Source: Candidatus Adlerbacteria bacterium RIFCSPHIGHO2_12_FULL_53_18
GTDB taxonomy: Bacteria; Patescibacteriota; Minisyncoccia; Phycocordibacterales; SBAW01
Reading direction: 5' to 3'
DNA: 60,495 bases
NCBI GenBank assembly: GCA_001775475.1
Contig: MEWW01000016.1
Coordinates: 1-60,495, forward strand
Below the pieces are notes generated by a model. That model made no database searches, was not told the origin of the DNA, and was given only the letters and a program-made list of their open reading frames with translations. Below, piece by piece: positions 19,012 to 29,300 of this stretch (its first letter is position 1; each line of letters opens with the position of its first letter). The translations under genes and the position numbers were made by a program.

Positions 19012-19025
19012 CTACAGCTTTTAAA

Positions 19026-19838
19026 TTAGTGCAACCCAAAAAGACGTTGTGAATTAAGGAGAATTTGGCTTCTTGCCTCTTCTTCCCCTACCCCTTTTAT
19101 TTCTGCAATCTTTTTAACTATGTGCGGAATATGCATCGGCTCGTTGCGTTTACCGCGATACGGAGCGGGTGTGACATAGGGTGCATCGGTTTCGGTCAGC
19201 AACATGTTAAGCGGCGTGTTTTTTACTACCTCGTCGTAGTCGTGGGTAAAGGTAATAACACCCGTAAATGACAGAGTGAAACCGAGATCTAAAAACTGTT
19301 TAGCTTCCTCCCAACTTCCAGCAAAAAAGTGTACATCCCCCTGCACCTTTGCATGTGTTTTCAAAACTTCCAGTGCGTCGCTATATGCCTGACGGATATG
19401 GAGCATCAGCGGCTTTCCTACCTTGTTCGCAAGCTCAATTTGAGCGACAAAGTTCTCTATCTGCAGCTTCTTCGTCGCTTCGCCCTGCCGGTAGTAGTCG
19501 AACCCGCACTCACCTATCGCAATCACTTTCGGATGTTGCGCCAGGGCCTCATACTTCGCACCATCAAACTGTTCGCCGCGAGAGGTAAACTCCTTGCCGC
19601 CCTCCCCAAGCTCTTTTGCATCATGGTACGACTTACTGGTGTGTATTGGGTGGAGGCCTATGGTTGCCCACACATCATCATATTTTTCTGCCATAGCCAC
19701 CGCGGCAACCGAAGTGTCGTATTGGGTGCCAACTATATTCATCCCCACCTCTGCTTCCTGTGCGCGCTTAACAACCTCATCGGCGTCGTCTTTAAACGCC
19801 ACAAATTGCACATGTGTATGCGCGTCGAAATACTTCAT
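19026..19838 (-). CDS. tatD: TatD-family metal-dependent hydrolase
   Basis: Motifs FDAHTHVQF, IGECGFDYY, LMLHIR and TETDAPYV are present. Confidence 0.85.
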   Translation of the reverse strand: MKYFDAHTHVQFVAFKDDADEVVKRAQEAEVGMNIVGTQYDTSVAAVAMAEKYDDVWATIGLHPIHTSKSYHDAKELGEGGKEFTSRGEQFDGAKYEALAQHPKVIAIGECGFDYYRQGEATKKLQIENFVAQIELANKVGKPLMLHIRQAYSDALEVLKTHAKVQGDVHFFAGSWEEAKQFLDLGFTLSFTGVITFTHDYDEVVKNTPLNMLLTETDAPYVTPAPYRGKRNEPMHIPHIVKKIAEIKGVGEEEARSQILLNSQRLFGLH

Positions 19839-19872
19839 ATCTTATTCTGATATTCTTGAGAATTTGAGAATG

Positions 19873-21318
19873 TCATTCTTTACGCGGGAACAAGGTCTCG
19901 GGCTTTTTGTTTGCAACAATCGCGTCGATGATTTTCTTGCTAGTTTCTGGCACCAAGGGCTCCAGCAGTAAATCAATTGCAGCGAGTTCTTTCACAAGCT
20001 CGACGATAAGCTTCTTGCCAGCCTCTGCATCAGTTTTAACCAGTTTAAATGGCTCTGTCGTAGTGATCTTTTTGTCGAGCGCATGGATGCGGCCCCAGAC
20101 ATATTCGCTCGCTTGGTTAATCTCAAAGTTGTTGAGCGCTTCGGTAAACTCCTCTGGATATGGCACTAACTCCACCTGCACTGGCTCTGGTAAGTGCGTT
20201 TGCGCGAGCGTCAAAATCCTCGAGGCCACGTTGCCGAGCCCATTTGCCAGGTCTGCATTGTACACTTCTTTAAAGCGCTCCATCGTAAAGTCGCTGTCCT
20301 CAAACGGATGTACGTGCCTTGCTAAAAAGTAGCGCAATGCATCCGCACCATATTCTTCAACAATCGCAAATGGGTTGATAACATTGCCGAGCGACTTGCT
20401 CATCTTGTGTCCGCCGCTTGTGATAAAGCCGTGTATAACAATTTGTTTGGTTTGCGGCAAATCAGCAGACATAAGCATTGCCTGCCACATTGCCGCCTGC
20501 TGGCGTATCTGGTCCTTGCCTGCCATCTGCAGGCCGTTTGGTTTTTCTTTCGTGCCCCAAAATTTCTCAAAATTCTTCTCATCCTCTGGCCAGCCTAAGG
20601 TTGAGATGTAGTTAACGAGCGCGTCAAACCAGACATACATCACCTGCGAGTCATCGCCGGGAACCGGCACACCCCAGGGCATCTTTTCCTTGAGCCTCGA
20701 GATGCTGAAGTCTTCCGGGCCATTTTCAATAAACTTTTTTATCTCGTTAAATCTGAAGTCAGGTACGACGAGTTCGGGGTAAGCGGCATACAGGTCAAGA
20801 AGCGGTTGTTTGTATTTGGAAAGTTTGAAAAAGTAATTCTCTTCATCAATCACCTCAAGTTCAAGGTTGGGATGCAGTGGACATTTGCCGTCAACAAGTT
20901 CGGAATCTGTTTTTTCAAGCTCGCAACCGACACAGTACTTGATTTGGTAATTTTTCTTGTAAATATCTCCCGCAACGTGGCACCGCTTCCAAAACTCCTG
21001 TGCAGCTGCTTTGTGATGAGGGTCTGTGGTGCGGGTAAAGGCATTGTAGCTGAGGTTAAGTGTGCCCTTAAGGGCATCAAACTTTGCGGCATATTCGTCT
21101 ACGTATGCCTGGGGAGTCTTCCCTTCTTCGAGCGCCTTGCGGTAGATTTTCACGCCGTGCTCGTCAGAGCCGAAGTTAAAAAATACCTCCTCGCCAAGAA
21201 GCGCATGGTAACGCGCTAAAATATCTGCCTGCACTATCTCAAGTGCAAAGCCTATATGCGGCGGCGCATTCACATACGGTATCGTCGTCGTTATATAGAA
21301 AGCTTTTTTTTCGGCCAT
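19873..21318 (-). CDS. metG: methionyl-tRNA synthetase (short form, no C-terminal tRNA-binding domain)
   Basis: Motifs YVNAPPHIGFALE (HIGH-type) and KMSKSLGN are present. A CXXC...CP knuckle segment is also present. The protein is 481 aa. Confidence 0.9.
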   Translation of the reverse strand: MAEKKAFYITTTIPYVNAPPHIGFALEIVQADILARYHALLGEEVFFNFGSDEHGVKIYRKALEEGKTPQAYVDEYAAKFDALKGTLNLSYNAFTRTTDPHHKAAAQEFWKRCHVAGDIYKKNYQIKYCVGCELEKTDSELVDGKCPLHPNLELEVIDEENYFFKLSKYKQPLLDLYAAYPELVVPDFRFNEIKKFIENGPEDFSISRLKEKMPWGVPVPGDDSQVMYVWFDALVNYISTLGWPEDEKNFEKFWGTKEKPNGLQMAGKDQIRQQAAMWQAMLMSADLPQTKQIVIHGFITSGGHKMSKSLGNVINPFAIVEEYGADALRYFLARHVHPFEDSDFTMERFKEVYNADLANGLGNVASRILTLAQTHLPEPVQVELVPYPEEFTEALNNFEINQASEYVWGRIHALDKKITTTEPFKLVKTDAEAGKKLIVELVKELAAIDLLLEPLVPETSKKIIDAIVANKKPETLFPRKE

Positions 21319-21328
21319 TGTTAAGACC

Positions 21329-22396
21329 CTATGCTGCCTCGCCGTCCGATGTCAACCCTTGCCGGGCAAGTGCGCGGGTCTTCTCTCGATCAACGTCCGA
21401 TACAAACTCCTGTATTGCGCCCGCAATCGGCACCGAAAGCAAGATACCGAGGAATCCGGCAAGTTCGTAGCCCACGATAAGTGCCAAAATGACGAGGAGC
21501 GGCGGAACTCCTACGACCTTTTTGACGACGACTGGATAGATAAGATGCGCTTCAAACTGCTGGACGATGACGTAGAGCCCGATGACAAGAAGCGCTTCGG
21601 TAGGGCCACCGTGCACGAGCGCCACGGCAATGCCTGGGATTGCGGCAAAAATAGGCCCAAAGACCGGGATAATTTCAAACACTGCTGCCAAAACCGCGAG
21701 AAGGAGTGCGTACGGAACGCCGAGTATCGTAAGCCCCAGGTACACCAAAATCCCCACAATGACTGCCAGGACAAGCTGCCCTTGCATCCACTTCCCTATC
21801 TTCTCCTGACTGCGCTTCCAGAGATGGAGCACGTAGGCCTGCTCTTTAATGGGCGTCACCACGCGTAAAAAGTCGTCGACGCCCGTCTCCTGCACTGAAA
21901 AGTAAAAGGAAAAAACGACAATAAGCACAAATGAGGCGATGCCTCCAAAGAAGGCGGAGAGGGTGGCAATTGCCCCGCCAGTTGAACCTCCGAGCGATGT
22001 CGATATCTCGCGCAGAATGTCCGCTACCGAAAGTGTCGCGGCAATGTCGTCGGGAAGGAGACCGCCGGTAACCGCGCCAAAGTCGAGCTCAGAGAGCGTT
22101 GTGGGGAGCTGGGCAAAAAAGGCCGCAGCGTCGTCGAGGACCGGCGGCACGAAGAAGAAAATAATTCCGAAAAATACCGACGCGACGAGCAGGTACACGA
22201 GGATAACGGAGAGGAGGCGGGACACCTTGCGCCGCATCAGAGCATGCACTGCGGGCTCTATCGCGGAGGCAATAACGATTGCCGTGAGGAGAATGAGCAC
22301 TAAGTCTCTTAAAAACCAGAGCACCGCGACCGTAAGCACGAGCAGGATCCCGATGAGTATACTCCCGGGCGAAACGCTGATAGAGAAATTCTGCAT
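21329..22396 (-). CDS. AI-2E family transporter (PerM-like permease)
   Basis: The protein has 7-8 TM helices and the motif FEIIPVFGPIFAAIPGIAVAL. Confidence 0.8.
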   Translation of the reverse strand: MQNFSISVSPGSILIGILLVLTVAVLWFLRDLVLILLTAIVIASAIEPAVHALMRRKVSRLLSVILVYLLVASVFFGIIFFFVPPVLDDAAAFFAQLPTTLSELDFGAVTGGLLPDDIAATLSVADILREISTSLGGSTGGAIATLSAFFGGIASFVLIVVFSFYFSVQETGVDDFLRVVTPIKEQAYVLHLWKRSQEKIGKWMQGQLVLAVIVGILVYLGLTILGVPYALLLAVLAAVFEIIPVFGPIFAAIPGIAVALVHGGPTEALLVIGLYVIVQQFEAHLIYPVVVKKVVGVPPLLVILALIVGYELAGFLGILLSVPIAGAIQEFVSDVDREKTRALARQGLTSDGEAA

Positions 22397-22405
22397 CCCC
22401 CTATT

Positions 22406-23734
22406 CTACACTGTGATGCCGCTCTTCAGAAGCGCAGAAAGTTCGCTTACTTGGACCCGCTTTTGCTCCCCGCTGTCGCGGTCGCGAAGCGTGACGGTGT
22501 CTTTAAGTTCTGGCTTCTCTCCCAACGTGTCAAAGTCTACCGTGACGCACCAGGGGGTGCCTATTTCGTCCTGCCGGCGGTAGCGCTTCCCTATGTTGCC
22601 GTTGTCGTCCCACACGATCTGCGGGATTTCTTTTTTGAGATTCTGGTAGACCTCGCGCGCCTTCTCAACAAGCTCGGGCTTGTTTTTAAGGAGCGGAAAG
22701 ATAGCAGCTTTAACGGGTGCCAAATGGGGAGGAAATTTGAGATATACGCGCTTCTCTCCGCCTAACTCATCTTCGGTGTAAGCCTTAACGATGACCGCAA
22801 GCAAGTGTCTACCTAGCCCAAACGTGGGCTCAAGCACATGGGGTACTGTGCGCTCGTTAGTGTTGGGGTCGAGATACGAGAGGTCAGTGCCGCTGTGCGC
22901 AATGTGGTTGTTAAGGTCAAAGTCGGTGCGGTAGGCTAACCCTCCTATTTCGTCAAATTTGTGTGGGTAGTTAAAGTGAAAGTCTACTGTACGCTTGCTA
23001 TAGTGAGCCCTCTCCCCGTCTGGAATTTCTATCTCTTTAATATCCTCAGGTCCAAATCCCAGTTTTTTAAACCATTCCTGCATTTGCCCGCGCCAGTACT
23101 CAAACCTCTCCTCCCAATTTTTTTCCTCAATAAAATATTCAAACTCCATCAGATCAAACTCGCGCACACGGAATATAAAATCACGCGGCGCAATTTCATT
23201 ACGAAAGGTCTTTCCTATCTGTGCAATACCGAACGGGAGTTTGGGGTGGTAGGAGTCAATGATGTTTTTAAAGTTGACGAACATGCCCTGAGCATTCTCG
23301 GGACGCAAATAAACCGCCGTATCCGAGCCGTCAACTGAGCCGACAGATGTTTTAAACATCATATTGAACTGTCTCGGTTCACTAAGCTTCCCGCCGCACT
23401 CGGGGCACTTGGTAGTGTCCTCAAGATGATCTGCACGAAAGCGGTGCTTGCATTTACTGCACTCCACCAGCGGGTCGGCAAAACCCTGCACATGTCCGCT
23501 CGCCTCCCACACCTTAGGGTTCATTAAAATGGCCGAGTCGAGCCCATACATGTCGTCACGGCTCTCGACAAAAAACCGCCACCACAAATTTTCAATATTT
23601 TTCTTAAGTGCTACGCCTAAGTGCCCGTAGTCCCACGTGCCAGCCAGGCCGCCGTAAATCTCGGAGCCCTGAAACACAAACCCGCGTCGCTTACAGAGCG
23701 ACACTATCTTTTCCATCAATCCTTCTTCAGCCAT
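22406..23734 (-). CDS. glyQS: glycyl-tRNA synthetase (class II, dimeric type)
   Basis: Sequence CKRRGFVFQGSEIYGGLAGTWDYGHLGVALKKNI is typical. Class II motifs and a C-terminal anticodon-binding domain are present. Confidence 0.92.
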   Translation of the reverse strand: MAEEGLMEKIVSLCKRRGFVFQGSEIYGGLAGTWDYGHLGVALKKNIENLWWRFFVESRDDMYGLDSAILMNPKVWEASGHVQGFADPLVECSKCKHRFRADHLEDTTKCPECGGKLSEPRQFNMMFKTSVGSVDGSDTAVYLRPENAQGMFVNFKNIIDSYHPKLPFGIAQIGKTFRNEIAPRDFIFRVREFDLMEFEYFIEEKNWEERFEYWRGQMQEWFKKLGFGPEDIKEIEIPDGERAHYSKRTVDFHFNYPHKFDEIGGLAYRTDFDLNNHIAHSGTDLSYLDPNTNERTVPHVLEPTFGLGRHLLAVIVKAYTEDELGGEKRVYLKFPPHLAPVKAAIFPLLKNKPELVEKAREVYQNLKKEIPQIVWDDNGNIGKRYRRQDEIGTPWCVTVDFDTLGEKPELKDTVTLRDRDSGEQKRVQVSELSALLKSGITV

Positions 23735-23744
23735 AAGTGTTTAC

Positions 23745-23804
23745 TATAAGCTAGCGAGTGAGAGAAATAAAGCTTGTTTTATTTCCGAGCGAGCGACGCT
23801 TATA
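23745..23804 (-). promoter_or_regulatory. nested-hairpin element, copy upstream of glyQS
   Basis: The sense strand reads TATAAGC-GTCGCTCGCTCG-GAAATAAA-acaagc-TTTATTTC-TCTCACTCGCTA-GCTTATA. The 3' arm plus GT gives TATAGT, 8 nt before the ATG. Confidence 0.5.
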
Positions 23805-23818
23805 TCCTGCGAAGTAGG

Positions 23819-25780
23819 TTACTTAGGAGCCACAACGTCCACACCAGACTGCGTGTCGCCGATAAGCTTGGTGGTTGCCGCCCCGCCGGTGGCGCTCAAG
23901 TTTACGTTCGCAAAGCGGTCCTGGCCGGTAAGCTCGGGAGTACTGCTGAGTGCGGGAGACTGGCCTACCTGGCTCTCGCTCGGCAGTAATTCAACCTGAA
24001 AAGCTCCCGTGCGCGGGCTGCTTGTGTAGCCAGCGCCGGCTTTAATCTCGCCCAAAGACCAGGTAACCGTGCGGCTCCCTTCGTTGTAGGAAATGCCGCT
24101 CCCCGCCTCCGCAGCGACAAAGCGCACGTACGTCGGGAGCGTTGCCACGACCTGGCCGTTCCCTACGGCATTGGCAGAGTTGCGCACCGTCCAGCGCACC
24201 GTGTAGGTCGTCTCTTGCTCCGCCTGCGGCGGCATGGGGCCGGAGTTCGTGAATGGTCCTGAAAAATGGAGTACCTCTGTCGAGAGCGAGAGCGCGGAGG
24301 CTACCGTGACTTTTGTCGAAGCCGCGGAGAGTATGGTCTCCGGCTCTCCGGCTTCGCGCACGGCGCGCACGGTCAGGTTGAGGTCGATGGTGGGGTTGGT
24401 GATGAGCACACCGCCCTCGCCGGGAGAGCGCGTCAAAAACGAGAATTGAAAGGTCCCGTTTGCGCCAGAGGCAACCGACTCCAGTTCAGAATTGTCGTCC
24501 TTGCTCCACACCAGCGAGTTATTGACGGATTGGAAAAACGCTCCCTGCCCTTGTATAGAGTCTTCATCGAGGGAGGGCCCTGCGAGCGTCAAGGTTACCT
24601 CAACATCGGAGACGGAATCGGAGAGGTTATTTTGCCACGACACCGTGCCACTGATGCGCGAGCCGGCGGCGACAGCGATGTTGCTGCCGCTTTTGCCTTC
24701 GACCGTAATGTTGCCTGCGATAAATGGACGCTTCACCGTTAAGGTTTGCGGAATCGTAATGAACGGAAGTTTTACCTCCGGGTCGGTTGCGTCGTCGTTT
24801 GAACCTGCAATAAAGCGGAAGATGCGTTCGTCGCCGTCCTCCCCTTGAATTGTGCCCGTAACCCTGATGGATTTCGAAGCACCGGGGTCAAGCGTACCTA
24901 GCCGCCACATCCCGCTCGTATCTGCGGCAGGCTCCGTACGTATAACTGAGAAGCCGAACGGATACTCTCCCTTGACCACGAGGTCGGCGATGGGGGTTGT
25001 CGCATTGGAGCGCACGGTCAGGTCAAAAGTAAACGGCTGTCCCGCGACACTCTCACTTGGGCCCTCTATCGCAAGCGACACCGGGGCAGAGCCGATCGTT
25101 ATCGTAACTTCTTCCTGCCGGACAAAGACCGCATTTGAGCCCTGGACACTATACTCAAGCGCTACCTTAATGGTTTGCAGCTGTCCCTCTTCGCCGAAGA
25201 GAAGCGCTGAAGCGGTGCGTTTGAGTTCTTGGCCTGACTCAATAGTTCCTACCGAGAGGCGGTCATGCAAGAGGTCAGTGCTGGGATTGTTAGGGTTGCG
25301 GGTACCGTCGGGGTAATCGATAACGAGGTCGGCGAGGAGAAGCGGCGTGGTGTTTCTGTTGCGTACGACGATCTCCACCTGCACCTCTTTGCCGCCGTCG
25401 ACGAGCGTTGGCACGACGAGCTCCAGGTCGATATTGCGCGGCGAGGTAGTGTTCACTCCGCCCAAAAAGACAAAGCTCGCGACTGCGATTGCAGCGGTAA
25501 AAAATATGATCGATCCTCCAAGAAATTTGAATGCAAATGACATGTGTGAGTGGCTCTCGGACGGCAGTGCGGGGGACGTGACCGGTGGACGCATCGGCGT
25601 GGTAGGTGGCGCAGGATCTGCGGCGTCGGGAGAAGGCTTCTGGGCTTCCCAGGTTTTTGGTGCGCTCGCCTCGCTGGGGGTAAGCGCCGTACGCTCTTCT
25701 TTCTTGATTTGTTTTATCCCTTCCCGCGCGTAGAGACGGTTTTTGAGCTTTTCCACCCCGCTCTTTTCCTCGCGAGTCAT
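23819..25780 (-). CDS. large single-pass membrane protein with Pro-rich N-terminus and beta-rich extracytoplasmic repeats
   Basis: The N-terminus is charged and Pro-rich, followed by a TM helix (FLGGSIIFFTAAIAVASFVFLGG). About 540 aa of beta-sandwich-like sequence follow. I recognise no catalytic motif. Confidence 0.5.
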   Translation of the reverse strand: MTREEKSGVEKLKNRLYAREGIKQIKKEERTALTPSEASAPKTWEAQKPSPDAADPAPPTTPMRPPVTSPALPSESHSHMSFAFKFLGGSIIFFTAAIAVASFVFLGGVNTTSPRNIDLELVVPTLVDGGKEVQVEIVVRNRNTTPLLLADLVIDYPDGTRNPNNPSTDLLHDRLSVGTIESGQELKRTASALLFGEEGQLQTIKVALEYSVQGSNAVFVRQEEVTITIGSAPVSLAIEGPSESVAGQPFTFDLTVRSNATTPIADLVVKGEYPFGFSVIRTEPAADTSGMWRLGTLDPGASKSIRVTGTIQGEDGDERIFRFIAGSNDDATDPEVKLPFITIPQTLTVKRPFIAGNITVEGKSGSNIAVAAGSRISGTVSWQNNLSDSVSDVEVTLTLAGPSLDEDSIQGQGAFFQSVNNSLVWSKDDNSELESVASGANGTFQFSFLTRSPGEGGVLITNPTIDLNLTVRAVREAGEPETILSAASTKVTVASALSLSTEVLHFSGPFTNSGPMPPQAEQETTYTVRWTVRNSANAVGNGQVVATLPTYVRFVAAEAGSGISYNEGSRTVTWSLGEIKAGAGYTSSPRTGAFQVELLPSESQVGQSPALSSTPELTGQDRFANVNLSATGGAATTKLIGDTQSGVDVVAPK

Positions 25781-25792
25781 TCCGCAATTGTA

Positions 25793-26374
25793 CTACAACC
25801 CGGTCGCCTGAAGCGACTCGTTTATAGCGCGCAAAAGCAACCTACGGGAGCGCATAACCTCCTCGGCAAGTTCGAGTGAAAAGAAGTCGGCATCTATAAA
25901 TCCTTTGAGCTCCTCTGTGTGCGGCAAATAACCCAGATGATAGAGGATTTTGAGCACCAAGACCGACTCGATACTCTCTGCCCCCCGTGTTTCTGGAGCG
26001 CGCGCGAGCGCGGTCAACCCGCCCTTTACGCTCTCGTAGAGCGCGGGCGCCACCTCCTCGCCCTGGACGAGCCGGAGGAGGAGTTTTGCCACCTTGCCCG
26101 ACTGTCGCGAACGAGCATAGCTGGCGCCCGCGCAGACTCGCGACGCTTGTTCAACTCCGACTAGCTTCCACTCATTTTTACCGCGCACAAGAGTAAAGCG
26201 CGCGTGGGTTAAAGGTTCAAGTCCATAACGCAATTTCGAACTTTCGGCGCGCGCACTGCGTGCCATGGCGCGCACGAGCCCAAGCTCGCTCGTAAGGATA
26301 AAGACAAGCACATTAGCTTCACCCACCCCTCTTTTTCCTAGCACCACTCCCTCGCACACGTGTAGCTGATGCAT
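25793..26374 (-). CDS. recO: DNA repair protein RecO
   Basis: The N-terminal OB domain reads EGVVLGKRGVGEANVLVFILTSELGLVRAMARSAR. Size and position are typical. Confidence 0.75.
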   Translation of the reverse strand: MHQLHVCEGVVLGKRGVGEANVLVFILTSELGLVRAMARSARAESSKLRYGLEPLTHARFTLVRGKNEWKLVGVEQASRVCAGASYARSRQSGKVAKLLLRLVQGEEVAPALYESVKGGLTALARAPETRGAESIESVLVLKILYHLGYLPHTEELKGFIDADFFSLELAEEVMRSRRLLLRAINESLQATGL

Positions 26375-26375
26375 A

Positions 26376-29300
26376 TTACTCTTCGCTAATAGTCAGAGAC
26401 TCAAGGCCAGTTTCTTTCAGAATTTCATTCCGGTATTTTTCTGCAATCTCTTTTTCTTCGCCGGCAACGTTGAGCGTGTAGGAAGGTCGGTCGGCAATGG
26501 TGAGCCCCTCTTCTTTGCGCCACTCCTGCACGCGGCGTATCAACGTGCGCACTACACCCTCCTCCTGCAGCTCCGGCGTTAATGTTGCATCGAGCCATGC
26601 GTCCCCATCGATCGAACTGTCTTCAACTACTTCTTTGACATTGAGCTCGTCGGCAACAAGCGCTACGAGTCCGTGGTCAGCGGGCAGCTTGCGTACTTTA
26701 AGCACAAAGAGCGGTTGGCGGACTTTGATTCCCGCCTCTTCGCGGAGCTTCAACCCCTGCGAGGCAAGCGAGCGCACCACCGCCATGTCACTGAGGAGGG
26801 CTTCGTCTGTTGCATACGGCGCAGGCCACGACTCCAGATGCACACTCTCCTTCTCTGCGCCAAGTCCTTGGTAGATGCTCTCTGCGACAAAAGGTGTCAC
26901 GGGCGCCATGAGACACGAGAGCGTGTAGAGCACCTCGCGCTGGGTCGCCAGTGCAAACTTCTTGTCCGTAATGTCCTCGCCGCGAGCGCGGTCACGCGAG
27001 CGGCGCACATACCAGGTTGAGTAGTCTTCAACGAAGCTGCGCAGCGCTCGCACCGCAGTCGGTGTATCGTACGCATCCATTGCTTCAGTAACGGTCTTGG
27101 TTGTTTTGCCGAGGAGCGAAAGCACCCAGCGGTCGAGCACATGTGGGCTGTCCTCCGCCTTGACACTCTTGTCCCACTCACTCTTATAAAGCTCGAAAAA
27201 CTTGTACGAGTTCCAGAGGATGCCTATGGTGCGGTTATGCGCCTCGCGCACGTCTTCGTCTCTAAAGTTAATGTCCTCGCCGCTCATCACGACAGAACCC
27301 ATAAGGTAGAGTCGGAGCGCGTCGGCGCCGAACTGATCCATAACCTGCAAGGGATCAGTATAGTTGCCTTTACTCTTGCTCATCTTGGCACCGTCAGCGG
27401 CAAGGATGGTGCCGGTCGATACCACGCTGCGAAACGACTGCTGGTTAGAAAGAAGAACGCCCATTGCATGCATGTAGTAAAACCACGTGCGGGTCTGGGC
27501 GATATACTCGGCGATAAAGTGTGCGGGGAAGCCTTTGGGCCACAGACCCCAGAGGCGCCCTGGGTTAAATACTTCTTTGTTCTCAAACGGGTAGTGGTTA
27601 GAAGCATAGGGCATAGTGCCAGACTCAACCCAGCAGTCGACAACCTCCGGAATGCGCTCGTACCCCCTGCCCTTGCTGTCAACGAGCGTCACCGCGTCGA
27701 TGTAGGGGCGGTGCAGGTCGAGTCCGTAGTCTTTGTTGTGGGGAAAAGGGGTAAACGAGAGCTTCCGTACTTCAGAGGTCTTGAGCATATACTCTTTTGA
27801 AAAGTCGTTGGATGGGCGGCGTGCCGCCACCTGTTGTAGCACCCATAGCGGATTGCCGTGAGAGATAATGAGAATCCGCTTGCCCGTGTAGCGTCGCTCG
27901 ATTTCAAAGATAAATTCCCCTATGCGCCGGCGCACTTCTATGTGTGCAGTCTCACTCGCCTCGCGCAGACGTTCGTCTACCATGACAGCACTCTCCGGAA
28001 GTCTTAATTCTTTTTGCACTAAAGCGGCGGTTTCTCGCGTACGCAAAAACGGTGAAGTTACAATGAGGTCTATACTCCCGCGCTTGAGTCCGACCGTCGC
28101 CACATGTATTGCGTCTGTTCTTCCTTTTTCAGTAACATGGTTGGCAGGGTCGCCCGTAGGGTCATCAACACCCTCTACATTGTGCCCGGCCTCCGCATGC
28201 CTCATTACAAAGTAGGTATTGCCGGACTTTTTTGTTTTCTCAAGCAGTTCTTTAAGCGAGCCTATAACCATGAGCCTGCTGCCTCCTTTCTCCTTCCAGA
28301 TTGGTAAGGCTGACGCCCAAAATCGATTTCGGGAGATTGTCCAGTCCGGCGCATTCTCGACAATGTGCTTAAAGCGGCCGTGTTTTAGGTGGGCAGGGAC
28401 CCAGTTCACCCGCTCGTTTTGAGCAAGCATGCTTTTTTTCACTTTCTGGATATTTATAAACCACGAGGGTACGGCACTGTAGATAAGCGCCGTACCGCAA
28501 CGGTAGCAGTGCGGGTAGGAGTGCGTATGGTTTTCTTTTTTAAACAGGAGCCCCTGCTCCTCAAGATGCGCTTTGATAACCTTTTCTGCCTTTTTGTAGT
28601 ATTCACCGCGGATAAACTCTGGCGCGGCGTCATTGTACGTGCCGTTGGCGTTTAAGAGTTGGATCATAGGAAGACCCTCTTTCTGACCCAAGGCATAGTC
28701 ATCTTCTCCATACATGACAGCTGTGTGCACGATGCCGGTACCTTCGTCTGTATTCACAAAATCAGCCGCGTACACTTTGTAGGATTTCATTCCGTGGAGA
28801 GCGGGTACGTCAAACAAGGGCTCGTAGCTCATGCCGACAAGCTGCGCGCCTTTTACGCTGCCGGGGCCCGCTTTAATAAAGTGTTCGCCGTCTTTCTCGA
28901 TGAGCTGATAGTCGATATCTTTTCCCACCGCAAGCGCTATGTTGCCCGGCAGCGTCCACGGTGTTGTGGTCCAGGCCAGAAGATAGGTGCGCTCGGGGAG
29001 GTTATACCGAAGCGGATTTTTGATCTTGAACTTCACTGTGACCGCCTCTTCGGTAATATCTTTGTAGGTGTTGTCCATTGCGATCTCGGCTTTCGCAAGC
29101 GGCGTCTCGCAGTGCGGGCAGTACATGAGGACTTTCCGGCCCTCGTAGAGCATTTTCTTGCCGTGGAGTTTTTTGAGCGCCCACCATACCGACTCCATGT
29201 ACGAGTTGTCCATGGTTTTGTAGGAGTTTTTAAAGTCCACAAACCGACCGATGCGGTCGATGTATTTTTCCCACTCGTGTTCAAACTCCATCACACTTGC

